Part shown: in pieces, positions 21,940-33,864 of the stretch
How the letters are laid out: each line of letters starts with the position of its first letter
Numbering within the stretch: position 1 is the first letter of the stretch
DNA from: the human T2T-CHM13v2.0 reference genome, Homo sapiens
Strand: one strand, 5' to 3'
Assembly (NCBI RefSeq): GCF_009914755.1
Contig: NC_060929.1
DNA length: 64,000 nucleotides
Made by a program: the position numbers and the translations under genes
Notes under the pieces: generated by a model
What the model saw: the letters and a program-made list of their open reading frames with translations, nothing else
Databases searched by the model: none
What the model was told of the DNA's origin: nothing

Positions 21940-22466
21940 TCGTCTAAGAACCATACATATTTGAGAAAGTGAAGATATACTTCTTAAAGAAAAAATTTAC
22001 TTAAGATGATCGGTTTTAAATATCAGGGACCATATTCTACTATGCGGCCACCAGAGGCTGGCTTGATTGCTCTGAAGTAACAACACTTGAAAGCTCCTAT
22101 TCTTTGAAACTAAGTTAAACACATTGAATTGTTGAAAGATTAAAAACCGCAGTCAGCTAATTACACTCACTCTCATCTCTTATTCAGCAAATGAATCACT
22201 TTTCATTACCACTTAGCTGAAGTACATGAATTTCTGCCTAATTAGAAATGTTGTAGATGGAACATTAGCAAGAATGGAGCAGGTCAGGATATCTTTGCTG
22301 CTTCATTTTTAATTCCTAACAGTAGAGTCTGATAGGAAAGAATAGAGAAGTCATTAAATAATTTTAAATTATTTATAAAAATTACTTTGCCCAAACTATA
22401 ATTATTTTTTCCCCAAATGGTCTCAAATGTCTAACAGAACGAAAGAAAAAGCAGTTCAACATTGAT

Positions 22467-22602
22467 TTTAATGAACATTTTAATGTTATGTATAACAGAA
22501 CATTATGAATATAATGGAAATAAAGTTTTATCAATTTAATAAAAAAATTTTCAACATAACATGGGGAGGTAATAATTTGATATCTATATTATAGTATTTA
22601 TT
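22467..22602 (-). terminator. Poly(A) signal cluster: AATAAA 22597-22602; ATTAAA 22479-22484 and 22467-22472
   Basis: Hexamers on the minus strand; the ATTAAA pair is followed by U-rich tttttctttcgttctg. Confidence 0.7.
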
Positions 22603-23820
22603 TTGAAAAATATTCCCAGCTTGAGGGTAAAACAATTAATTTTGCATTCCAAACTCTAGAATCATGATTTTCATGTGAGCTTAATGCAGAATTACAGCAG
22701 AAAAACAAAAACATTTTCATTAATTTCCTTTGTCATTAAATCAATAAAATCTTTGACTGCTACAGGTCTCCTTTAACAATATATATTTAACTCCTCTATT
22801 GGAACCATATTGCTAATGCTGCATTATATACACTCAAAACCAAAACAAAACAAATACTGTATAAAATCTAAAAGCAAACATTGAGTTGTAACATTTATAT
22901 TTAACTTAAGGTTTTAATGGATTTTTACCTTTGCAGACACCCAAAAAAAAAATAAAATAAATATTTTTCTGACTGTTCCTGACTTAAATGATGGCTACAG
23001 GGATAAACACGGAAGGAAGCCTTGCCAAGTTAATCACTGCAAATTGTAAATAATGACTGCTAAAAACAAACAGAAGTTTTTTTCTTTTAAAGGAAACCAT
23101 AGAGCAGTCCTGAAAAAAATTTCTTCCTAGTTCTGCACAGGATAATTACAGCAGAAGACATGGGAAAAGTCCCATGGCAATCACCAATTGCTTAAAGAGG
23201 TTTTGTTACAATAAAAATTTGGATAGTATAATAGCAGTGTTGCTGGAACATTAGCAAAAGTATATACATTCCAGTTACCTTTGATTTAGCCATAATCACA
23301 TATGTATGCTTTTTTTTTTCTTGGACAAAAATATATATTTTTATAAAAAACTGATCATCCAACTTTAATGATTTCATATATGGACTCAAGAGTGGTAGTA
23401 AAAGGAACAGACCCAATTATGACAAGGCGATCCAGGGACAGAAAAATCAAGTTCCTCAGGAAAAGAAAGTATAAAATTAGAGATTCAAACACATTTATTC
23501 AGCCCTATTCCAGTCTTCCCACAAATTATGCTGTTAAATGGACTCTTCAGTTGATAAAGGCTTTCAATGGTCTCACCACCCACTTGTGGTCTATCCTCAC
23601 TGGAAAAAAATGATTTTGACTGCCTCATCTGAAGTGCTCTTGCCTGGCCCTCTGAAATACTGGATATTTCACTTTTATAAAACAGCCTTTTTGGTTCTTT
23701 ATGTAGATTTATTTTAATTACTTGATAAAAGAAAGGGTAGTTGATTAGCATTTTCCATCCCAACATCACCTATCTGCACAGCTAAAAATTCTTCATTCAA
23801 TCTGCTTCTTTTACAATCTC

Positions 23821-24167
23821 TTATTTGCTAAAATTGGCGAAATTTGCAAAGGCATCTTGCTTGGGTTGCACAGTTCCAGAAGTCATGGCTATGTTGGGCA
23901 TGCCCATTCCCATTGTGCCTGTCAAGCCCATCCCAGCAGCGGACATCCCTATGTTCATGTTCATGCCCATCATGCTCTGGTTCATCATCGGAGTATTTCC
24001 AAGAGGGGCCATTCCCATGGTGCCAGTCATCACATTGGGCATGCTCATAGGCATGGGTCCCCCTATCAAAGCATTAGTTTGGGGCCGGACAGGAAGCATG
24101 TTCGATGGAGAACTGAGGTTCACAGCTCCAAAACTTTGAGTCATCACATTCATAGGCTGCTGCATAT
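23821..24167 (-). CDS. CLINT1: CLINT1 last coding exon 12, Met-rich C-terminus ending DAFANFANFSK*
   Basis: ggtag|AT acceptor; TAA at 23821-23823; 347 nt; ORF 23821..24165. Confidence 0.97.
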
Positions 24168-24483
24168 CTACCAGACGAAAACAGACAGAAGAACTTTACC
24201 ACAATAAATTTTTAGGTTCATAGAACAGAGAACTAATAACTTCTTGACCATCTATCTATACTTCTTTAGCCCCAATAAAATTCCTTTACAGTGATTTTAT
24301 TAGAAATCAATTACTCTGCACTGGTTCCTCTTGAGACATATATTCAGTGACTATTGGCTCTGGTTCCCCAGAGATGTAGAAACAGTAAGAGTAGACTGGG
24401 GAAAAACAGCCAACTTAAAAACATTCCTACAAAACCTATTGTTAAATCCTACTTAACAAGTTGTCAAGAGCTAGTGTGTATAA

Positions 24484-24659
24484 AAAATCTTTCAAAGGTT
24501 TACATCCTTTGACTTATTCTATTTTTAGAACATTCTATTAAAAAAATCAGAAGTATGAAGATTTATACAAAAATCTTTAAAAAGTTTATATCCTTTGACT
24601 TATTTTTAGAACATTCTATTAAGAAAAAAACAGAAGTATGAAGATTTATACAAAATCTT
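24484..24659. repeat. Tandem duplication of an approximately 85-bp unit
   Basis: aaaatcttt...tcctttgacttatt...tagaacattctatta...cagaagtatgaagatttataca occurs twice. Confidence 0.9.
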
Positions 24660-24860
24660 GATTTATAATAACAAATAGCTGGAAACAATTGAAATAATTA
24701 GCAAGGGAAATCATACACTAATATAACTATCAAGAGCTAACAATCATTTTCCTAAGAATATTATTCAACACAGGGAAAATGATAACTTAATGTTGAATAA
24801 GAAACAGTATAGAGAGAATGATCCCAAGTATTAAAAATATGCTTAGAAAAGATGGAAAGT

Positions 24861-25163
24861 GGCCAGGCGCGGTGCCCCACGCCTGTAATCCCAGCACTTT
24901 GGGAGGCCAAGGCGAGTGGATCACTTGAGGTCAGGAGTTCAAGACCAGACTGGACAACAGGGTGAAACCCTGTCTCTACTAAAAATATAAAAATTAGCCA
25001 GGTGTGGCGGTGCACGCCTGTAGTCCCAGCTACTCGGAAGGCTGAGGCAAGGAATTGCTTAAAACTGGGAGGTGGAGGCTGCAGTGAGCTGAGATTGCAC
25101 CACTGCACTCTAGCCTGGGCGACAGAGCAAGACTCCATCTCAGAAAAAAAAAAAAAAAAAAAA
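24861..25163 (+). mobile_element. AluS
   Basis: Alu consensus; TSD agaaaagatggaaag / agaaaacatagaaag. Confidence 0.92.
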
Positions 25164-25537
25164 AGAAAACATAGAAAGAAATATGTATTAATGGCAATTA
25201 CCCCTCAACGGCAGAATCAGATGATTTTTGTTTGTCCATCGTATTTGCCTATATTTAAAAAAAAATCTGTATAGCAAATTTTTATTTTAGTGATCAGGTC
25301 CTTAAAACTCTCCACAATACAATAAATGTTATCAGGACAAGAATAGAATATAAAGTAATTCAATGTGCCAGGAGGAATACCCAGTAAATATTATGTGAAA
25401 ATATCTTAAGTGAACAGGCATTTGGTTAACTGTTACAATTTATGTGATATATTTTTATTTATAGTTTGAAGTAGTCCTGGCATTAAGGCAAAAGACTGCA
25501 AGTACACAAAGAAGTGGGACGTCTTAAGGTAACTTAC

Positions 25538-25742
25538 TCTGTTGCTGAATCATTGTATTCAGTGATGGCTGCTGGGGTTTGGAAGGCTGCATACCAGGTA
25601 GTAAGTTGTCTAGGCTGATGTTTACACTGGGGTCAGACCAAGTAGAGGGCAAGGTTTTGCTGACTGATTTCTGGACCATATCTGTATTCTGATTATAGAG
25701 AGGATTAGGCTTCTGCAGCACTGTGCTAACATTTTGCAAAGG
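25538..25742 (-). CDS. CLINT1: CLINT1 exon 11. Short form 25538-25688 (NTDMVQKSVSK...NTMIQQQ); long form to 25742 adds PLQNVSTVLQKPNPLYNQ
   Basis: Two in-frame acceptors 54 nt apart (ttttccag|CCT and aatcag|AAT); donor A|gtaagt. Confidence 0.94.
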
Positions 25743-26093
25743 CTGGAAAATAGAAAAATGCTCTAAAAATTAAGCATCTGTTCTATAAAAATTATCAGAT
25801 GGCAATTTAATCACAACAATGAACTTCTGAAACAAAAAGAACCACTAATGTTCTATGCTAATGTCTTCAATACCCTGAATCATTAGCTTCCCAAAGAGGT
25901 TCCTCTGAAGTCCCAATCAGGTTTGAGGTGGATAAAACCAACAACTTACCTACACTAACAATTATTCTCCCATCACTCAAAGTCTAGAAGCCACCATCCC
26001 TGGCAAATGCCCAGGGGAACTACCGATTTTAGGTTAGTACAGCTTTAAGGAGATACACAAGTGGACATTTATTCTTTCAAAACAGAATTCAGA

Positions 26094-26393
26094 GGCCAGG
26101 CGCAGTGACTTATGCCTGTAATCCCAGCACTTTGGGAGGCTGAGGTGGGCAGATCACCTGAGGTCAGAAGTTCAAGACCAGACTGGCCAACAGGATGAAA
26201 CCCCATCTCTACTAAAAATACAAAATCAGCCAGGCATGGTGGCACATGCCTGTAGTCCCAGCTACTTGGGAGGCTAAGGCAGGAGAATCACTTTGAACCA
26301 AGGAGGTGGAGGCTGCAGTGAGCAGAGATCGTGCCACTGCACTCCAGCCTGGGCGACAGAGCGAGACTCTGTTTCAAAACAACAAAACAAAAC
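26094..26393 (+). mobile_element. AluS
   Basis: Alu consensus; TSD agaattcag. Confidence 0.92.
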
Positions 26394-27210
26394 AGAGAAT
26401 TCAGGATATGATGTCTCACATTATACAAGGATATAAGGCAAAACTGTCAAAAAGCAATTTATATTTCACATATCCTGACATTTTGCTGTTCTGTGTATAC
26501 TTTTACTATCTAAAGTGAGCAACACTAACTGAACTGATTAATATATGGAACAATGTAGGAGAAAGAAGAAATTCAGGAGAAAGAAGCAGAGGTTCCTAGT
26601 GGTTATTGAGGATAACTGAAAAGGACAGAAAAAAGGAACAGGAAGAGGAAGAATAATTAAAAATGTACCAATGCAAAGAATTATGACAGTTACAATTAAG
26701 ACTGCAAATAAAGTAGACTGACTTTATGCTTAACTCATACATTAGGTCTTATTTCTGTTACATAGAGCAGTCACCTTTCTGCTTCTTTCTTCTTTTCCTT
26801 CATCCTAATACCCCAAAGACGAGAATCTACACATTAAAATGAGTAATTAGCATCATAAACACATATTCTCAATAGTTTGAGTCAAAAATAGCAAGTTCCT
26901 GGTACCATTCAGACACATATTTTCCAAGCCTGCACTTGTCTGAATTCTAAGCTAGTACTAGGTAATTCGGATTTAACTATAAAATAGTGAATTAAGAAGC
27001 TCCCATTTTGGTTGTTTTTCTTTATGAAAATGAAAGTTGAAAGATGAGCCTATAAAACATTTATATAATGTAGAGCAGGTCCAGAATTGGGAAGAACATT
27101 CACCATTCGAGAGAATGATTTTCCATATTAGCAATAATTATTTACAACCAATGAGTGATATTTCTTTAGGGACATGACCAGAAATTTTACTAAGTGGATA
27201 CTTGCCGTAA

Positions 27211-27532
<322 letters not shown>

Positions 27533-27877
27533 TATTTCTTTTTCTTAAAGACAATTTAAAAAAACTATCAAGTACCAATTTGTTGTAACAATAAATTTTT
27601 GCCATGTTCCTCCTCTGTGCAAAGGCACCATGCTTGGCTTTACAGTGACTACAAGATGGGGGAGAAGGTCTTGCCTTCCAGAATGCAAATGACTATGCTA
27701 GGGGAGAGTATGAGGTAAATGAAATGTGCAAATGCGTATATATACACACACAGACACATATTCATACACATAAAAAGGACTTGCTTATTTTTCTGTTTTA
27801 TACTAATCTATCATTCAATGAGTTAGAGCATCTCAAAGATTATAAATAACAAATTCCAAGGGAACCAGACAACTTAC

Positions 27878-28170
27878 CTGTGATCTTGACATAGGCAAAC
27901 CAAGTCCCACAGTGTTAGTGCTCATCATAGAGAAATTCATACTCTGGGAAGATGTCATGGTTGCCTGGGACGAGCCCATAAGATCAAACAGGTCTGAAGA
28001 ATTTGAGGCAGCAGGAGGTGGGCCTAGAGCTGATTGTGAGCCACTAACAAGTTCTACCGCTGGCTGTGAGGCACTGCCAAAGAACTCGCCACTGGAAGCA
28101 ACAGGGCCTGATGGGGCTTGGTTGAAGGCACTCCAGTCACCAAAGTCTCCATTCCCACTTGTTGCTGTTA
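27878..28170 (-). CDS. CLINT1: CLINT1 exon 10: (V)TATSGNGDFGDWSAF...GLPMSRSQ
   Basis: cttag|TA and CAG|gtaagt; 293 nt; lies inside ORF 27833..28282. Confidence 0.96.
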
Positions 28171-28440
28171 CTAAGACAGAAATAACTCTAAGGGTAAGAA
28201 ACTTCATGGAATGCACAGAACAAATGTAACAATCTATGAACTGAAACAAATTAGAGCTGATCTGAGTCCCCCAGATTAACATCTGCAGGTACCATCTCCA
28301 TCTGGACAGTATTCTTTCTCATAAATATTACACGAGAGTTAACAAGGTGGCAAAGAAAAAACAAACCTCCCAAATATAACGTAAAATCCATCTCTTGGCA
28401 GCTCTGTAGGTGACACATTGAATTTACCATAAAAAAAAAT

Positions 28441-28741
<301 letters not shown>

Positions 28742-30286
28742 TCACTTATTTGGCCATACTTCCACTGACAATACAAGGGCTATAACCTTAGCACATTGCC
28801 TGCTTCAACTGGGACCATTTATTTACAATCAAAGAGAGGAGGAAAACTCATGTAATATTAAAAAACACAACCAAGCCAGAAACAAGCAAAACCCTATCAT
28901 ACTTTGCAAGTTTAAGGTTGAATGCATAAAATCCATACTCTTAATCACTACAGTCTTATCAATTAACCTCTGATCAATTTTTATATTGAAAGGAACAGAT
29001 AAATACGCATAAATGGAAGTTGAAAAAGCAAAATGTGAAGAAAGAGCTACATAAAAACCGTCATCTGAAAGCAAATAGTAAGTATGTACCTTCCAAGTTA
29101 ATTAACACCATCCCTTTGCATTCCATGTTCATTTACAACTTGGAAATACATTTTGTCTAGCCTAAAAAGTGACCAACCACTACAATACCATGTCTCATTA
29201 TGCTAAATATCAAAAGAGAATAATAAGGTGAAGTCTTTAAAATTACATTCTTCTATTACCATATTAAAATGTAAGCACCCTTGAAAGAGAAAATAATTCA
29301 CTTAGAAACTCCAAGTTCTACTAACAATTTAATATAAAAATTGGGCTAATTTCTTTACCTCAGGGTTTTACTAATACACGTCTTTGATCTTTTTTTTTTT
29401 TTTAAGTGACTGCATTAAGAGTTTTACAGTTAGTTCTAGATATTAAACAATTTAAACTAAGGCTGCTGGATCAATGTAAACTTTTATGCTGATTTTCTAT
29501 TTGCTTGATCTATAATGCAGAATATGAATGGAAACTGGGGCAAAATGTGTTGCCCCACCTGAAAACTTCATATCTGAAATGATTAATCGTGGGAGGAAAC
29601 GATTTCTAGTGGGGCATATATTATTCAGAAATGATTAATCATTGTTGCAATGGTTTCAGCCCCCTGCGTAAGGTGGTCAGGTTATATTAATCACATGCAT
29701 ACAGATGAAGAGATGTATCACTTAGGCAACATTAACATATTCAAATTATTTGCATAGTAGGCAACTTTATATACATAAAAACTTTGAGAATTAGACAGGG
29801 AAGCTATAAAATAAGGGTAACGTTTACCTTCCACTTTGGTTTGCCTAAAGTAAAGTATTAACCCTTAGATGGCATATTCTTACTTTCAAAATGAAGCAGA
29901 AAATTACTCAACAATTCTAGTTTCTGGGAAATACTTGGAATTTACAAAAATAAGTAGTCAAAATAACCCCAAACCATTTTACAAGCTATGTATCTTTTTT
30001 CTAACTCCTCACAAACCTAACCAAATATTACTAAATATAAATTTTAATCCAGTTTAATATAACAGCAATAGATTATGTGACTTGTGATGAGTAACAACAC
30101 TAACTCAGTCAAATTACATCTTTTCTCCCTGCCTCACCTCATGTTTAAGATTCTCATAGCTAAATTTTAAAAATATTGTCTCAAACTTCAGACTGACCAG
30201 ATTTTATAAAACAAATACCACAACCTCTTCACAACCTTAAAAAAAAATAAAAAAGACACTTAATACTGAATGTAGCCCCTATTCTA

Positions 30287-30325
30287 TTAGGTTGGTGCAA
30301 GAGTAACTGGGACAATTGCACCTAA
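30287..30325. mobile_element. Internally deleted MADE1 remnant
   Basis: ta-ttaggttggtgcaagagtaa...ttgcacctaa-ta. Confidence 0.75.
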
Positions 30326-31072
30326 TACATACCTCTATAGACACTATCCTCAAAAAGAACCATGACAAGCAACACCGTTCCCAGTTTTAGAAAGTTGAAG
30401 GCTCGAAGGCTTTCATAAAGTTAAACAGCTACCATATGGCAGGGGTAATAAGATAAAAATATTAATTAAAAAAAAAATAGGCCTTTCACCTCAATCCTTG
30501 ATGTTTAAGCCCATATTCTGTTTGAATGGTTTTTTTGTTTTAAAATTCTATTCTAATAAAGAATGAGAAAGTTTTGCATGAGGTTCAACTGCTCATTTTA
30601 GGATATGTCAAAATGAAGTTCAGTTATTTTTCACATAAATGCTTTTAAGATATCTAAATTAAAAAGGAATGCATTTTAGTAAGATAGTTGGCCTGATCCC
30701 AGTGTTCCTTTCATTCATGAAAATCATAAGCTAAACTAAACACAAACTATAATATTCTTGCTGCTATTAAATAAAATGAGATGATACAGAGATACTCACA
30801 TCCTCCTTTCCCTTTCAAAAAAGCTAAACAAGAGTCACCTATGAATATGGGCAATTTTCTTTAGATGTACCTGAGTAGTCTGTAACCAAAATAATTCATT
30901 TGGCACATTTAAGGCATCTGCCCAATAAAATACCTTGTGAATAAATTCTTTAGGAATTATGAATACTACAAGGAGAAAAATGACAGAAAGAAGCTGACTT
31001 GGGGGGAATGGGAGTTGTTTTTAATAACCTTTTTACCACCCTAGACTTCTGGCCAATCAAATTGAATCATAC

Positions 31073-31147
31073 CTTGGGAAGGGAAACTGCCTGATGCAGC
31101 AGCTGAGCCAAAGTCAGCAAATCCTCCGAATAAATCAGCTGATCCTC
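31073..31147 (-). CDS. CLINT1: CLINT1 exon 9: (G)GSADLFGGFADFGSAAASGSFPSQ(V), AP-1 gamma-ear-type motif
   Basis: ttctag|GA and G|gtatga; 75 nt. Confidence 0.95.
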
Positions 31148-31529
31148 CTAGAAGTTAAGAAAAAGTTAAAACTGTTAGAACTAGAGAAAAATTGTAAATA
31201 ATTTCTGGAGGCCATTTTAGTGCCACACAAAAAGTACCTAATATTAGAGGCCCAGATGCCTCACAAAAGCTAAAGCTAGTCTGTTGACCTAGATTTTCAT
31301 GTCACTATGTTCCCTATGAGCTACCATAGACTCTTTTCCCTTCCTCAGTCCTATATCTAGTAAGATAAATGACACTGTATCTGTTGTTAAAATTATCTCA
31401 CTAATATTTCACAAGCATAATGTGGAAATAATACAACTTATCTAGCCAATTATGCTCTTTATAAGGAGTCTTCAATGGATTCTAAAACCTGAGTAAAATG
31501 CTGCTGGGGAATAAGATATTCACAAGACA

Positions 31530-32232
31530 AGTAAATAAAATGCAGGATCCTTGATTGGACCCCGGATTTTTTTTTTAATTGCTATCCTGAAATGACAGAA
31601 TTGAGACACTGGGGAAATCTGAATGTGGTCTGTATATTAACATTAATACTGTTTTAATGTTAAATCCCAAGTATGATTGTATCACAATCATAAAGGAGAA
31701 TGTCCTTGTAAAGAGATATAGGCTGAAGTATTTTAGGGGCAAAATGTCATGATTGCAACTTCCTCTCAGATGATACAGATGAACAAACAGTACACAACAA
31801 ACAAATAAAAAAGAACGAGAGAGAGAGAGAGAAAGAAAATGGGGCAAATTTTCCGTATGCTTGTAATTTTTAAAAATAAAAAGGGAAGAGATGAAGTCCA
31901 CTTGTATAAAATCATTTTAGAGTCTGGTGTGGTGGCTCATGCCTGTAAATCCCAGCACTTTGGGAGGATGAGGTAGCAGGATCGCTTGAGCCCAGGAGTT
32001 GAGAGATCAGCCTGGGCAATATAGTGAGACTTCGTCTCTACAAAACCTTAAAATATTAAACTGAGCATGGTGGCGAGCAGCTGTAGCCCCAGCTACTCGG
32101 GAGGCTGAGGTGGGAGGACTGCTCGAGCCCAGGAGGCAGAGGTTGCAGTGAGCCAAGATTGCTGCGCTCCAGATTGGGCAACACAGTGAGACGCTGTCTC
32201 AAAAAGCAACAAACAACAAAACAAAACAAAAC
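31530..32232 (+). mobile_element. L1MC4/5-like 3' fragment (about 31530-31900) followed by AluJ (31920-32232)
   Basis: ggggaaatctgaatgtgg...aggagaatgtccttg...gaagtattttaggggcaaaatgtcatga; Alu consensus. Confidence 0.7.
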
Positions 32233-33549
32233 AATTATTTTAAGCAGAGAGAGGGAGAAATATCAATACAATAGTTTTGGTGGACGGGTTTTCCCCCGTA
32301 GTGTTTACTCCATAAAAGAGTAAATACTTGTATTTTGTATTTTTAATGCATGGGAAAAAAATAGCTTTTTTGCTACTTCTAGATAGGTGTTTTTAAAAGG
32401 GTAAGACCCAAATTATAAGTCTGCAAATCAATCTCTGTGTGCGTAACATTACATTCTGACATAAAATTTTATTTGTAAATACTACATGGGTAAGAATATT
32501 TACTTTTACCTATAATTTCAATTATAACATTATTTCAAGTTGTAATATTCCTTTTTTTCTCAACTTTAGTGAAACAGACCAATATCTGAAACTTTAAATA
32601 GTCGTCCTTATTTTTGTCTGTCCTTAAAGATTTCACCTCTTAACAGTCACAACCTTAGAAGTCTACAGCAGTTCAATGATGGTGCTTTTAGTGTTATGTG
32701 AACATTATATAGGTTACATCACAGCTGCTTAGGCCGCAGTGCTTAGAAACTAGCCAGGTGGGACTGGAACATCTGGGCTGCACTCAAACACCACCAGGGA
32801 CAGCTTCCAACATCTGGTGCCATTTCTGAATTGTCTTATCGCTGAAAGACATTCTGCCCCATCTGCTACACTCAACTGGGTTAATTAAACTAGAACCATC
32901 TCCCCTTCTTAATATATGGCCAACAGTAATAAAAGGAACAAATCAGTTTCTGATATGTGTGTACTTGGTATTTCTTTTTAATGCATATTTACTGTAGTCA
33001 ACTAGCAGCAGGCATAACTAATTCCTCATTTCTTCACCACAGATGCACATGCTCATACATACATATATATATATATATATATCTCCTCACTCACCAGTTG
33101 ACTAATGCCAACCAAAGTGAAGGTGCTTCAATTCTATCTACACTACAGCTTAGTCTAATTTTTACTTCATCTAAAAGAGAGTATCACAGTGATCTGGTTT
33201 TCTCTTCCTTAAAGGTACATACATCATGATAAAATGTGACAAGGAACACAAAAGTTCAATGAGTTATACATGTTTAAACCATTTAAACAAGCACACATAT
33301 TAATAAAACCTATCAAGTAAATGAATACTTCAAACAGCTGCTGCTTAATATTCGTAAGTTTGTTTTCTGTAAAGTAGTCCTTTATGTTAAAAACATTGGT
33401 CAAGTATACTGTTGGGTAACAGAATGATAGTTAATCAATTAATATAACATTAAGGGATTTAAAAATTAAAGATTATTTTAATTTGCTTCATTTAAGCAGT
33501 GAATAAACATCAATATATAACTTATTATAGCAAACAAGTTAGGAGTTAG

Positions 33550-33864
<315 letters not shown>

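Larger units (their letters stand above)
21915..23820 (-). other. CLINT1: CLINT1 3' UTR (distal end uncertain)
   Basis: AT-rich stretch after the stop with no recognisable repeat and several poly(A) hexamers. Confidence 0.7.

Noticed and set aside
23825-24207. Plus-strand ORFs overlapping exon 12, including a His-rich one
   Set aside because: Antisense shadows of the ATG-rich Met-coding sequence (ATG read as CAT)
24484-24659. CRISPR-like or regulatory repeat array
   Set aside because: Only two adjacent units with no spacers, in a eukaryotic intron
27912-28229. 105-aa antisense ORF over exon 10
   Set aside because: Mirror frame of a real exon with no independent support
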